Shown: positions 12,338 to 26,488 of the stretch, piece by piece
Layout: each line of letters begins with the position of its first letter
Position numbering within the stretch: position 1 is the stretch's first letter
Translations under genes and position numbers: made by a program
The notes under the pieces: generated by a model
Told to the model about the DNA's origin: nothing
Seen by the model: only the letters and a program-made list of their open reading frames with translations
Databases searched by the model: none
From: Eledone cirrhosa
Lineage: Eukaryota
Direction of reading: 5' to 3'
Assembly (NCBI GenBank): GCA_964016885.1
Contig: OZ024744.1
Coordinates: 79,980,001-80,044,000 of the forward strand
Length of the DNA stretch: 64,000 bases

Positions 12338-13042
12338 ATATATAAATTACAGAATAATCAAAACTATGTTCAAAACATTTTATTGCTGACAATCGTTTCT
12401 TCCAAACTTTCGTTTGGAATCATCGCAGCACTAGCAAAGTTTAGACATATAATTAACCTCCTATTCCACAGAACAATCGTAAAGATACATAGATGTTAGT
12501 GTTGCCACTAACAGTGTCATATCACATTACATCCACCATAAAATTCATAGAAACTGCTTTTCATACCCAAGCATCTCTGTCTGCTTAATATGCTTTTATA
12601 CCTGTATTGTATTATGCGATACCTTTGCCATACTGTGATATATATGCTTAGTACCATTGCTTGTTTCTTACCTGGTTATTCTGTACATGCCTAACACCTC
12701 TACACTCTTTCTATACGCTTGCATATGTACCGCTAATGTCCACATTTTGCGAGTAACTTTCTTCTTTAATTCCTCTATAATTGTTGTATTATTCTTTTAT
12801 AATCCTTGTCGCATCCACTGATACTGACCATATCATCTTCACACTTTAAATATGACACTATTAATGACAACACTAACATCTATGTATCTTTACAATTGTT
12901 CTGTGGAATAGGAGATTAATTATATGTCTAAACTAATTATATGTCTAAATAGTGCTCCAATGATTCCAAACGAAAGTTTGGAAGAAACGATTGTCAGCAA
13001 TAAAATATTTTGAATGTAGTTTTGATTATTCTGTAATTTATA
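12338..13042. mobile_element. Element with ~180-bp inverted ends (Penelope-like remnant or foldback)
   Basis: 12338-12522 is the reverse complement of 12849-13042. Confidence 0.6.
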
Positions 13043-13209
13043 TTCTTGCTCTGTAAAACATCTGATGTATTTACATTGAGCTATTTTTCTTACTGGTAAT
13101 AAGGTGGTAATGAATTACTGACCTTTCCTATTTATAATTATATATAGTGTATATATATATATAAATAATATTATATATAAATAATATTATATATATATAT
13201 ATATAAATA

Positions 13210-13393
13210 ATTGTTTCTACGTTAGGCACAAGGCCAGCAATTACCCAGTGCATTACTGGTACTTTATTTTATCGACCCCGTAACGATGAAAGGCAAAGTC
13301 AACCTCGGCGGGATTTGAACTCAGATCGTAAAGGGACGTAACTATGCTGGAAAGCATGGCGTCCGACCCTCTACCGATACTGCCAATCCACCA
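13210..13393 (-). mobile_element. SINE family A copy
   Basis: Reverse complement of the family A consensus. Confidence 0.9.
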
Positions 13394-13395
13394 CC

Positions 13396-13502
<107 letters not shown>

Positions 13503-13953
13503 TTATGCATGAATTACAGGTATGTATAATGTATATGTACAATGTGAAGGTGCATGGCTGAGTGGTAAGAGAATTGGATTCACAATCGTGAGGTTGTCAG
13601 TTAAATTCCTGGACCAGGCGATGCATTATGTCCTTGAGTAAAACACTTTATTTCACGTTCCTTCTACTTGGAGTTGTGACCGATAGATAGTATTAGCAAT
13701 TGGAAAGACCAACAGAAACATTGTTTCCTCGGTCCGATTTGACGAAAGTCGATTGACTGTCGATAATCTATATGCAGTAATTAACATAAAGGTTACAGGT
13801 ATATATATAGAGAGAGATAGATAGATGGGAGAGAGGGGCAGGGGGTAAAAGTGCCACAGAAATGCTGTATGTCAATAAGCCACCTCTACGACTCCTCAGA
13901 AGTTACGAGACCATACACACATATATATATATACATATATATATACATATATA

Positions 13954-14471
13954 CTAGTTGAACTACCCGTGCCTTGCTGTGTTTCACACATTTTTTTTGT
14001 TAGAAAATGATTGATTTTAAATCAGTGATATAATTTATGGAGAAAAACTCTGCATTTCAATATTACTCAATGTAAAATGTAATGCATGAAAAATTGGAAA
14101 ACATTAGAAATTTCATATAAATTGAAGGGAAAAAAACTTTCAGCGCAGGTTTGTGCCCCTGGGGAACCCTAATAGGGGGTTTAACCCCCATCATGGTGTC
14201 TTAATATTATTGAAATTTGCTGAAATTTTGTGAATAGGCATCATATCTTGTCATTTAAATTTCATATAAATCGAAGGTAAAAAATTTTCAGCAGGGGTTT
14301 GTGCCCCTGGCGAACCCTTTGATTAAAATGAAATATACTTATCCAAGTACCCTGGGCAATGTAGTTTCAGAATATATATGGTTATGGGGGTGTCTATCTC
14401 CACAACCATAGGAGTAGTTAGTTCGTGAACAAACAAACAAACAGACAGGAATACAACTTTATATATATAGA
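13954..14471 (-). mobile_element. Non-autonomous Helitron
   Basis: On the minus strand: 5' TC..., 3' ...CTAG, inserted between A and T; reverse-complement homolog of 23998-24480. Confidence 0.75.
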
Positions 14472-14744
14472 TATACACATTTATTCTAAATTGCATGCAG
14501 ACTTTATGGACACTCTGTATATATATACACTCACAGATAATGATATATGTATGAGCTACACATATATACCATTTTCAATATAAGCGTAAAGAGGGTACAC
14601 ACATAAACATGCATACAATGGTGTACGTGTGTGTGTGTGCGTGTGTGTGTGTTTGTACTGTACAAGTATGCGTACTGAGTGCACTGTGTACTTTAGCAGT
14701 GCTAGTAGAAGACTGAAGTTCAATAGTTTCAAGATAATACTCAC

Positions 14745-14817
14745 CCCCTATCTGCCTCAAAAATAATACCAATGCAATAAAACAGAAACTTGAAATACTT
14801 GTTACATGTGATGACAT
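14745..14817 (-). CDS. Candidate signal-peptide exon MSSHVTSISSFCFIALVLFLRQIG (or only a 7-nt micro-exon at 14745-14751)
   Basis: ATG, hydrophobic core and consensus donor G|gtgagt in phase 1, compatible with the 78-nt exon; the join gives an A-D-A putative cleavage site. Confidence 0.45.
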
Positions 14818-14975
14818 TTAACAAGAGACAAATTCATCATCATCATCATGATTTAACATCTGTTTTCCTTCCTAACTAGGGTTAAGTCAGTACTTAAATC
14901 TTAACATCCTGTAATGATTTAGTAGAAAATATCTTTAACAATAGGCTTGTTAATTCAAATGTTTATAGTATCTTT

Positions 14976-15311
14976 GTGAATGTGCATGGCTTATTGGTTA
15001 AAGTATTGGGCTTGCAATCAGAAGGTTGTGAGTTCGATTCTCAGACAGGGTGATGCGTTGTTTCCTTGAGCAAGACACTTTATTTCACGTTGCTCCAGTT
15101 TTCTCAGCTGTAGGAATGAGTTGCGATGTCACTGGTGTCAAGCTGTATGGACATCATTGGTGGCGTGGAGAGGGAAGGCTGGTATGCATGGGTGACTGCT
15201 GGTCTTCCACAAACAACCTTGTCCTGACTTGTGCCTCGGAGGGAAACTTTCTCGGTGCAAATCGTAATGGTCATTCATGACTGAAAGGGGTCTTTACCCT
15301 TTTTTTTTTTA
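14976..15311 (+). mobile_element. Family-B-head SINE with a different 3' part and a 12-bp TSD
   Basis: A/B boxes and CORE-like motif; TSD tatagtatcttt at 14964-14975 and 15312-15323. Confidence 0.85.
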
Positions 15312-18300
15312 TATAGTATCTTTACTTGTGGATTGATTGTGGTGAAAATTAGCAGTAAACTAAGGTAAGACTAATTTTCAATGTAATGTAGCCATAGTAC
15401 AATATTGCACTTATTAAGAATGTCTTGCTAATCTGGTTTCATGTGGCTTATTAAATAAAATATTTATTGTATTTTTACAGCAGAATACCTGCATCAGAGA
15501 GAAGAACTCTGCTAAAGGCAACCCAAGGGTCAGTATGTGATGTTAAGCCAGGAAACTGATTATGTTTACCAACTAAGATGTGGTGGACTGGCAGTATTGG
15601 TAGAACGTCGGACAAAAAACTTTGCAGCATAGAGCTACGGCCCTTTACGTTCTGAGTTCAAATCCTGCCTAGGTTAACTTTACCTTTCATCCTTATGGGG
15701 TCAATAAAATGAAGTACCAGTAGTGTACTGGAGTCGATTTAATCGACTTTCCCCTCCCTATAAGAGTTACAGGACTATCCATCCATCCATACATAATTAG
15801 TCAGAAATCTGTATAAGCAAGTTATATTTTATTGTTTATTATTTTATGTAATTTTCATTTCTCAAACGAATGTCAGGTTTTGGGACCCAAAAGTACAACT
15901 GAAAACTCTGGTAGTCAATTCCTGGTGGTGGTGGAGGAATACCAACTACTTTGGGGCTCTTGATCTAAATGAAATTGCCACCAGAAGAGGTAGAATCTAT
16001 ATTACTAACAGCTAAGATATAAAGAAATTAAGCAAAATTTGATATATTCTTCATTAGAACAGCATACAAAATACAGTTCACCAGATGTGGCATTTAGCAG
16101 CTAACAAATTTAATTCAATAGATTCAAAACTAAGAATTATGAGAATCATGGTTCATGTGATGGTTAAAAAAGTAGTTACGACTACAGCAGAAAACACAGA
16201 AGGAAAAGTACATTACCTATTTTTTAAAAAAAAACTTTTGATACCAAACTATATAAGAATCTTTGTTTTAAACCAGGGTTTCTAAACTCAAAAATTCAAA
16301 AGGGCGCCATATACATCTTGAAGAAGAGGTACAGCGAGTTAAATGTGAGATGAAGAGGTGAGTGCATGATTTCCACTACGTAAGATAGGGATGTGATCGA
16401 CGCAGGCTGATGACTCGTGCCTACCGGGAATTCCTCGTTTACAGTGTTGGTTCCAGGCCTTGTGAATGAGGAATTCCCGGTTGGCGTGGGTCATCAGCCC
16501 GCATTAATCAAGTCTCTGCCCTAAGTAGCGAAAATCACACACCTGATCACAGTCAAAGACACATAGTAAAAAAGATCATTACCTATTTTTTAAAAACCTT
16601 TTGATACCAAACTATATAAGAATCTTTGTTTTAAACCAGGGGCCTCAAAACTCAAGGATTCAAAAAGGGGGCCATTACATCTTGGGGAAGAGGCAGAGCA
16701 AGCAAAAACTAAGATGAAGTGGGTGCATTGTTTCCAATACTTGTAATATTAATCTACAATTCAGCTATTTATTGAAATAGAAGGCTTCATCGTAACATTT
16801 GACTAACTATAGTCTAATGAGGTGTATATATAATATATGAGGTATCTATGATAAACCAATAATGGAAAAATATGGGTATCAGCACACGAGTTTATACGTC
16901 CCATTATTCCCTCACCTCTTTCTGTTCAAACTGGCTGTAACTGGCTACTCATACTTATGTTACGGTATTGTTCTTAAAATAAATAATATCAAAATCTCAT
17001 ACATTCAATACTATGTAAGATAATTATGTGAGGTAAAGCCTTTACCATGAAAATACAATAGTAAATATAAAGTAATGTAAATGTTAAAGAATTAAACTAT
17101 GTTCCAAACACCAGCTTAATAAAGAGAAAGTTATTTATATTGCCAAATACCTCCATATTGAGTAATTTTCAAAATTATTTGAAAATTACAAGCAATGTCT
17201 TTCATTAGAAATATGGTAAAGAAAGTGCTAAAATGGACATATTCAATAAAATATAACGATATATCATCTTGTGTAGGTATGCATGTACATATATATATAA
17301 ATATATATATATAACACACACACACAAAATATATATATATATATATATACACACAGACATACACTACACATATATATATATATATATATATATGCATGTG
17401 TATACACAAATATTTGGAAAATGAATTTATTTGCCATAGATTGACATAGATATTTAGAATATTTAAAAGGTTAAATCTAAAAAATGTAAGAACAATGACA
17501 CACACAGTATTGCTATTAAAATGCCATTAAAAATAACTTATGAAAACAATTTCACACATTCACTTTATTTATGTTAAATAATTCTTTTTTTTTTTTTTTT
17601 GTTATCTTATCTTCCTTCTGTCCTAATATGACTTAACCTCTTTGATAGCAAACTGCCTGAAACTGCTGAAAACCACGCGGAACCACCCTCTGGTTCTAGG
17701 ACACAACACTGTTTATTTTATAAGGATGGGAGGGAGAAGAATGGAGGAAATACAACAATGCTAAAAGGTGCATAAGTGCATGGGTGGGTGTGTGTATGGG
17801 TAACAAATTTACTGAGCAACTATGTAGTTTTTAGTTTATTCCTACTGTAAGACACCTTGTGCAAGTGTCTTCTACTGTAGTCTTATGTTGGCCAATTGCC
17901 TTGTGAGTGAAATTTGGTAGATGGAAACTGTGCAGAAGCCTATCCTCTCTTTCTCTCTAACTAAATATATATATATATATATATTTTTTTTTTTATTTTT
18001 TTTTTTAGAATTAGATTTACAATCATGAGGTCATGAGGTCATGAGGTTGTGATTTCGATTCTCAGACTGAGCGATGCATTATGTCCTTGAGCAAGACACT
18101 TTATTTCACGTTGCTCCTTCCGCCTGGATTTGCAACTGACAGATAGTATTAGTAATTGGAAAGACCAATGGAAACATTGATTCCCCAGTCCGATTTGACA
18201 AGCTCCACCCCACTCGTTAAGCGGATGAAGTCCGAGATATTGTCGATTGACTGTCAATATATATATATTGTGTGTTACGACAAAAAACACACAGCACACA

Positions 18301-18689
18301 CTGCAAATGTGGTTGGCGTTAGGAAGGGCATCCAGCCATAGAAAACCAGCCCCAAAACACCCATCCCACACTGTAAAGTGGACATGTAAAAGACACGGCA
18401 AAAAGCACCCAGTACACACTGTCAATGTGGTTGGCGTTAGGAAGGGCATCCAGCTGTAGAAAACCAACCAGAAACTCTCCTATATGATCGAGACACAGTA
18501 ACCCGATCCAACCTGCCTCTAAATGGGACAAACCCATCTAACCCATGCTAGCATGGAAGATATACAATCATCATCATCATCGTCGATTAATGTCTATGTG
18601 TGTGTGTGTGTGTGTGATTATAGTGGAGTACTTTATTATCTTTGGCAAGGTAAGAGAAGCTCTATGCATAGTACAATCCTCAGTTCATC

Positions 18690-18777
18690 AGCTAACCTCA
18701 GTCTCCTCTGTGTCACTTTCGAGTTGACTTTTGGGAAGCTCTTGTACAGCTCTGAGTTCTTCATCCTCAGTGCGTAC
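18690..18777 (-). mobile_element. LINE C-terminal remnant
   Basis: MKNSELYKSFPKVNSKVTQRRLRLA resembles the N.ELY..P.....RRLRLAGH motif of RTE-type LINEs. Confidence 0.55.
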
Positions 18778-19467
18778 TAATTAATTAATTAACCTTTTTA
18801 TTACCATATTCCGAATAAAAAACACTGCATTTGAATTGATTAATGAAGAATTTGGAATGATTTACAAAATATTATTTCATTGTTAAGATAGTATTTGCAA
18901 AATAACATATGAGTCTAATATAAAATCATGATTTTAATTTAGATAGGAACCCTATAAAAATGGGTGTTTTGGGGGTTGCTGTTTTTTTTTTTTTGTTTTG
19001 TTTTTTGTTCTATAGAGTGGCAGAGAATAGTTGGGGGTTTTGGGTGGGTTGATATAAAAAGGGTTAATAATGGTAGCAGAAGAAGATTCCTGAAATACTA
19101 CAAAAGTAGAATGGTTTCTAGTGAAATTTCATGCTGTAGTTGGCGTGGGAAGAAGACGAAGAGATGGGGATCAGCCGGAGGACGGGGAGGAGGATTCCTT
19201 ATCCAAGCCACATCAATAGCAGCAATAACAACAATTATAATAACACAACCTACCTCATATACCCCCATCTGTTGTACATAGAAAAACTTTAAAATGTGAA
19301 GGTTGTCACTGCCCCCTCTTCACCACCACCACCACCACCACGAACACTAATCTTTTTTTTTTCCTCCCTTCTATATTGATTAGAATCTAGGACAGCAGGG
19401 AACACACAGACACAGATTCTCATACACCTTTTTCCATTTACACACACATCTTTTTCTATTCAACCCC

Positions 19468-19515
<48 letters not shown>

Positions 19516-19711
19516 CTTTCCATACATACATATTTATACAGACACATACACCTCTTTCCATTCACACTCCCTCCACACACACACTTCTCTATACACATAT
19601 AGACACACACATCGCTTTCCATCCACCCCACCATATGTGTGTGTGTGTGCGTGTATACACACACACACACGCACACACACACACACGTGTATACTCAAAT
19701 GTAAATATACA

Positions 19712-19749
<38 letters not shown>

Positions 19750-19949
19750 TGAGAGAGGGAGAGAGAGAGAGAGAGAGATAGAGAGAGAGTGAAAACCATT
19801 ATGGAGACAGAACCCAAAGGAATTTATTTTATTGCACTGGTAAAGTGGGTATAGAATTACCCCCATGTATATATAATATATGTATATATATATATATATA
19901 GTGAATATATATATATATATAGTGAATATATATATATATATACTGTTAT

Positions 19950-20048
19950 AAACAACTTCAAGACTTTCTTAAGGAATGTCCAATGACAACTAATGGAGAA
20001 GAAATTCTTCCAGAGAACTTTAAGAATGAATTTCTCTCTCAGCAGCAG
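19950..20048 (+). CDS. Candidate plus-strand exon ..YKQLQDFLKECPMTTNGEEILPENFKNEFLSQQQ
   Basis: Open, protein-like frame ending at a strong donor CAG|gtaagg; 5' boundary unclear. Confidence 0.35.
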
Positions 20049-20480
20049 GTAAGGAAGAGAGGAGGGGTAAAATGGAGGGGAGATGTGAAGGGGTGAAGTG
20101 GAGGGGTGGAAAGAAGAGAGGAAGTGAGAAGGGAAGGGGTGAATGGGGTGGATGTGTGTGTGTGTGTGGGGGTAAATTAAGAGGGCATGAGTGAGGAAGG
20201 GTGAAGGAGAGGGGAAATCGAGATAAGGACAGGGAGTGGATGGGGGGGGGGGGGGGGGGTGAGAGAGGGATAGAAGGAGAAGTCAGATAGATTAGAGTGA
20301 ATTAGTACATATATAAAATATGAAAAAAAAAGCCCACATATGTGTGGCTGTCAATATGCTTGTGTGTGTGTGTGGCTGTGTGTGTGTGTGTGCGCGCGCG
20401 CGTGTGCGTGGCTGTGTGTGTTGTTGTTGTTGTTGTTTAGCCCCAGGTAGTGCCAGATTTACCATTGTGCTTAGGTGTGC

Positions 20481-20805
20481 TTAACACTTTAGCATTTAAA
20501 CAGGCCATATCAGGCCAGAATTCTCTCACCTCTTTCTGTTCAAACTGGCTGTAACTGGCCACTCATATTGATGTTAAAGTATTGTTCTCAAAATAAATAA
20601 TATCAAAAGATTCAATATTATGTGAGATAACTATGTGCAGTAAGGTGTTTACCATGAAAATATAATTGTTTCTACTTTTGGCACAAGGCCAGCAATTATT
20701 CCAGTGTATTACTGGTACTTTATTTTATCGACCCGTTAAGGATGAAAGGCAAAGTTAACCTCGGCGGGTCTCATGAAAATATAATAGTAATGTGAATGGT
20801 GTTAA
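20481..20805. mobile_element. TTAA MITE copy with nested truncated SINE A, itself inside a second MITE
   Basis: Reverse-oriented family copy; flanks match the empty copy at 22450-22624. Confidence 0.75.
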
Positions 20806-21650
20806 ACACAAGGCTCTGTTGGACAGAGGCAGGCAGGGCATCTTCCTGATGACTGCCTGTGTAGGCCTACCCCTTTCAAGATCCAATTAAGGGACCTCAT
20901 AACTTAATTAACACAGGGTCTCATTTGTCCTAAATCCGGCACTGGCCTGTGGTATGCCCTGGTTCAGCAGATCTATAATCAAAGATGGTCTAGCTTAGAC
21001 AGTAGTATCATCATATTCTTTTTATTTTTCTTCCCCAGAATTTGTCTATCAAGGACTATATTACACAATGTGTCCTTTCTTTTGGTAGTGGCCATAATAT
21101 TAGTGATAATATTGTTGTTGTTGGTGCTGTTGTGTATCTTCATGTTCACTCTAAACTTCCTGTCTTTGTGATTTTTTAATTTAAATTGGGGCGAGGAAGG
21201 GAGCAATATATAGCATAAAGTGGTATCATAATTTCTTGCCAACATTTAGGCCTCTTAATCTTAATCTAGTCTGGGTTGTTATTGTCTGTCGGGAATTAAC
21301 CATTAAACAAAATAAAGGGACTCAAATAAAGATGGGTCCCTCAGAGGTCCCCCCCCCCCACTCCCCAATATACAGTATATAGGGTTATGATAATCTCTTG
21401 TCAGTGTTTAGGGCCTTTAAAGGTCTTAATCCAGCCCTGTTTGTTATTATTGTTATTGCTGTTGACATCATTGTTGCTGTGGTCAGCCCTTAGTTAGCTA
21501 TTAAGCAAAATAAGCAAATATTTAGAGCCTTTAATAAAGAGGGACCCGTTAAAAGATTTTTTTTTCAGTGCAGTATATGGAAGTAATGTTATCTTTTCAA
21601 GTTGTTATTGCTGTCAGCCCTTAGTTAATCATTAAGAAAAATAAACGTGT

Positions 21651-21851
21651 TTAACTCTTTAGCAGTTACATTACTCTGTATTTATTATATTTTAGTGGTA
21701 AAGGCTTTATCTTACATATCGAATCTATGAGATTTTGATATTTATTTTAAGAACAATACCTTAACATAAATATGAGTGGCCAGTTACAGCTGGTTTGAAG
21801 AGGTGAGAGAATTTTGGCCGGATACGGCGGGTTTAAAAGCTAAAGTGTTAA
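21651..21851. mobile_element. TTAA MITE copy
   Basis: Same TIRs and internal sequence. Confidence 0.8.
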
Positions 21852-22514
21852 GGCCTCAAGTAAAAAGAGCCTCCACCACAGATTTTTTTTTTTTTTTTTT
21901 TACCAGTAGAATATATGGGAATTTTATTCCAGAGAGTATATAGGGTTGCGACCTTTAACATTCTTAATCCAGCCCTGAATATGTATTCTTTCTTTTTTTT
22001 GGGGGGGGGGGGGGGGGGGGTATTTACAAAGGAGATTTGGCTGTTGTTTCTTGCTGCTTAAACGACTATATGGAGGCCTCCATATGTAAGTGAAGTTTGA
22101 ATGTGAATGAATGTCATTGGAGTTCCATGATGAAAGATTTGAATTATAGAGTGCAGCTGATGTTTGTAACACAGATAGATATACACTGTTTGGGAAACCT
22201 ACTTACAGCTAGGTGGGCTGATACTAATACTAATACCATTACTAATATTCATATTAATAAATTATATTTAAAAAAATTTTTTTTTAATTTCTAAGTTTTT
22301 TTAAACATATTTCTCACGAAATACACTGCCTATGATTTTAAAATAAACTTGAAAATTATCAAGAATTTTAGGGTGGGAATGGGGTTATTAATATAACTTT
22401 CTTTCTCATTATCAAGCTGGTGTTTGGAACATAACTTAAGGGTTCTTACAATGCTGGATTTACCATTGTGCTTAGGTGTACTTAAACACACAGCCCCGTT
22501 GGCTGTAAAGAGGA

Positions 22515-23015
22515 ATGGAGTCCATCCTCCTGCCAACAAATATTTTTACTGCCTTCAGAGCCCAAGTAAGGGGCCTCATAACTTAACTAACACAGAGGCT
22601 CATTTGTCCTAAATCTGGCACTGGGTTCTTACATAAAATTATGGTAGGTTTTTAGATAAATACTAGCAGAATGGCCCGGCGTTGCTCGGGATTCTAAACA
22701 TAGATTGGCATGTTTATCCCTCCTTTCTGAAACAGTTTCCTCATCATCATCATCATCATCATCAACGTTGATGATGATGATGATGATGAGGAAACTGTTT
22801 CAGAAAGGAGGGATAAACATGCCAATCTATGTTTAGAATCCCGAGCAACGCCAGGCCATTCTGCTAGTATTTATCTAAAAACCTACCATAATTTTATGTA
22901 AGAACCCAGTGCCAGATTTAGGACAAATGAGCCTCTGTGTTAGTTAAGTTATGAGGCCCCTTACTTGGGCTCTGAAGGCAGTAAAAATATTTGTTGGCAG
23001 GAGGATGGACTCCAT
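22515..23015. repeat. 501-bp spacerless palindrome
   Basis: Arms of 252 and 249 bp centred on caacgttg (22766/22767); by eye one mismatch and one CAT-unit difference. Confidence 0.95.
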
Positions 23016-23997
23016 ATGTTCACCAATTGATGCAGAAGTCCTAATAAAAAGTGAAGTCGCCTTCAAAAGCATGTAACTACGTAAGATTTTTCAAAAGCAT
23101 GTAACTACGTTCCCTCTCTTTTTTGTTGTTGTTTTTGATGCTGTTGGTCTGGTAGCAGCTGTTGGTCATACTACTAACACAGTCTCGTCCTTCTTCAGCC
23201 AATCGTGTATATCCCCTTCTGCCTCGTCAGCAATGAGAACAATATTTGCTCTAGGGTTTTTATGTATTTGATATATATTTATCCTTATCGAGCCTCGTGA
23301 AATAAATACGTTTGTTTATATTTTGTTATTGTGTATGCAAAAATATCTGTACATGAATATATAATTATATATATATATATATATATATATTAAAATAACA
23401 GATTAAAGTTTAAGCAAAGAATCGCTGCTTTCACCCTTAACGGGATCTTCTGAAACTAAAAAAAAAAATCAATCTGTGAACGCAGAAGTAAATATTTCGA
23501 AAAACGTTACACACTATATATATATATATACACACTATATATACATATATACACACACACACACAGATAGCGTCATAATGTCGTAATGCAGACAGCCAGA
23601 CATACAGACAGATATTATAAGGGTGTGACATTATAGCTATCTAATCAATCCCTTAGGGCATTGAAAATTTGAAATATTTTTTGCTCAAAACACTCACACA
23701 GCCATAAGTATTACATGTGTAAAGTTTAAAATAAATCGGTTGGGTGGTTCTCGAGTTTTAGGGAGTCAGACAGACATTCTCTGTTTTAGATATATTGATA
23801 AACACTTTAAAATAAACAGTTTCATATTGTAGAACAGGCAGTTTGGTATGAGTGAAAAAGTGAAAAGCCATATCTTACAAGAAGATTAAAAATGAAAAAT
23901 GAAAAATAATTTTAAAAATAATAAACAGGTATACAGAACATAACACACCTCAGTTGTTGAAATTTTATAACAAAAATTTCAATAAAAAAAAAAAACA

Positions 23998-24479
23998 TCT
24001 ATAAATATAAAGTTATATTCCTGTCTGTTCACGAACTGCTCCTATGGTTTTGGAGATAGACCCCCCCTCCCCATAACCATATATATTCTGAAATTACTTG
24101 GATAAGTATATTTCATTTTAATCAAAGGGTTCCCCGAGGGCACAAACACCCGCTGAAAATGTTTTCCCTTTGATTTATATGAAATTTAAACCATAGGTAA
24201 ATGACAGGATATGATGCCTATTCGCAAAAGTTTTGAATTAATATTTTGAAAAAATTATTTGCAAGAAACAAAATAAGAATAAGATTTAATAATGTAATTT
24301 TGATTTGATATATTACAAAAAATAATGTTTGCCAATTTTTCATGCATTACATTTTACATTGAGTAATATTGAAATGCAGAGTTTTTCTCCATAAATTATA
24401 TCACTGATTTAAAATGAATCATCATTTTCTTACAAAGAAAAAATGTGTGAAACGCAGCAATGCGTGGGTAATTCGGCTA

Positions 24480-24480
<1 letters not shown>
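23998..24480 (+). mobile_element. Non-autonomous Helitron
   Basis: a|TCtataaatataaag...gcaatgcgtgggtaattcggCTAG|t. Confidence 0.75.
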
Positions 24481-24532
<52 letters not shown>

Positions 24533-24731
24533 TATAATTTATTTTGTTTGACATGTTTAGCTTGATTTGTTTTTTGGCTTAGGTGGTTAATGCCTTCTTG
24601 ACCACTTTTTCAGTTTGTATGGCGTTTTAACATATATGTTTAGCTCTGGTTTTTAACTATGGAGCGCTTGCCAGCATAACTACGATTTTGCGTTTCGTTT
24701 TTTCTACCCGCCGAAATAAGATTCTCGCTGA

Positions 24732-24766
<35 letters not shown>

Positions 24767-24937
24767 AACAAAAGTTGCTATGTGCTTCTATGATTTATGC
24801 TACGGTGTGGAACACTCAACTTGTAGGGAGTAACTTAAGGCTATAGTTTCAGTAAATGTTTATACACCTGAGTCACAGGTGTATAAAATGTAATTCTCTT
24901 CTCACCTACCACCCACATACATGCTCACATATAATAA

Positions 24938-25480
24938 TCGTTTCTACTTTTGGCACAAGGCCAGCATTTACCCCAGTACAATACTGGTGCTTTATTTTAT
25001 TGTCCCCGTAAGGATGAAAGGCAAAGTTAACCTCAACGGGATTTGAATTCAGATCATAAAGGGACGTAACTCTACGCTTCAAAGCATGGTGTCCGACTCT
25101 CTACCGATACTGCCAATCCACCGCCAATATAACATTGGTTTCACATTTAGGCACCAGGCCAACAATTTTTTCTTCAGGGATTAGGGGGTTGAGTCAACCC
25201 CAATGCCGTACTGATTAAAGGCAAAGCTAGCCTCAGTGGGATTTGAACTCAGAATGTAAAGGGATGTAACTATATACCAGTTGTCCAACGCTCTAATAAC
25301 TGCTCCTATTTTTGGCACAAGGTCAGCAATTACCCCAGTGTATTACTGGTGCTTTATTTTTTCAACCCCGTAGGGATGAAAGGCAAAGTTAACCTCTGCT
25401 GGATTTGAACTCAAACAGCAAAGGGGCGTAACTCTACGCTGCAAAGCATGGCATCTGACCCTCTACCGATACTGCTAATC
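24938..25480 (-). mobile_element. Cluster of SINE family A copies
   Basis: Copies at about 24938-25125, 25140-25290 (degenerate) and 25305-25480. Confidence 0.85.
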
Positions 25481-25811
25481 CTAATAAGTGTTTCTACAAG
25501 GCCAGCAATTATCCCAGTAGAGCAGGAAAAAGTATCAATGTAGCATCATTATGTTTATGGCAATTGAGTGATCAGACTGGTGAACCAATAATAACTAAAT
25601 GTTACACGATAAAAAGAACTGTATATATATTTGAAGGGCGAGGGTCCGAAACGTTAAGACCCACTTCCTGTTATTTCAAGTATTAACCTAATATATTCTG
25701 TCCATATACTGTACCGATTGTATTGTTATTCCTGTTGACATGCATTCATGCATGCATACATACATCATACATACATACATACATACATACATACATACAT
25801 ACATACATACA

Positions 25812-26105
25812 TCATTTCACGTCCACTTTTCCCTGCTTGCAAGGGTGGGACGGGAACTGATTCTGGCTTGATTTCTACAGCTGGATGTCCTTCCTAACAC
25901 CAACCTCATTTACAGTAAGTGCTGGGTGCTTTTTTGCCGTGGCACCTCCACGACCACTTTGCAGTGGAATGATATGGACCCCAGTCCCTATCATCTCATT
26001 TCTACAGCTGAGTAAACTGGAGCAATGTGAAATAAAGTGTCTTGCTCAAGGAAACAACACATCACCTAGTCTGAGAATTAAACTCACAACCTTTCGATTG
26101 CAAGG
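25812..26105 (-). mobile_element. SINE family B copy
   Basis: Near-identical to 52002-52347. Confidence 0.9.
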
Positions 26106-26380
26106 CCTGTAAATGAGGTTGGTGTTAGGAAGGACATCCAGCTGTAGAAATCAAGCCAGAATCAGTTCCCGTCCCACCCTTGCAAGCAGGGAAAAAGCGG
26201 ACGTAAAATGAAATGATGAAATGATGATATATATACACATATATATATATACACATATATATACACATATATATACACACATATATGTCCTAGAAACGAT
26301 CGTTAAATAATGAACTTTTTTTGTTTAATATAAGGAACTGTTTCATTGTTTTATTCATTATTTTTTTTTTTATATTTTAT

Positions 26381-26488
<108 letters not shown>

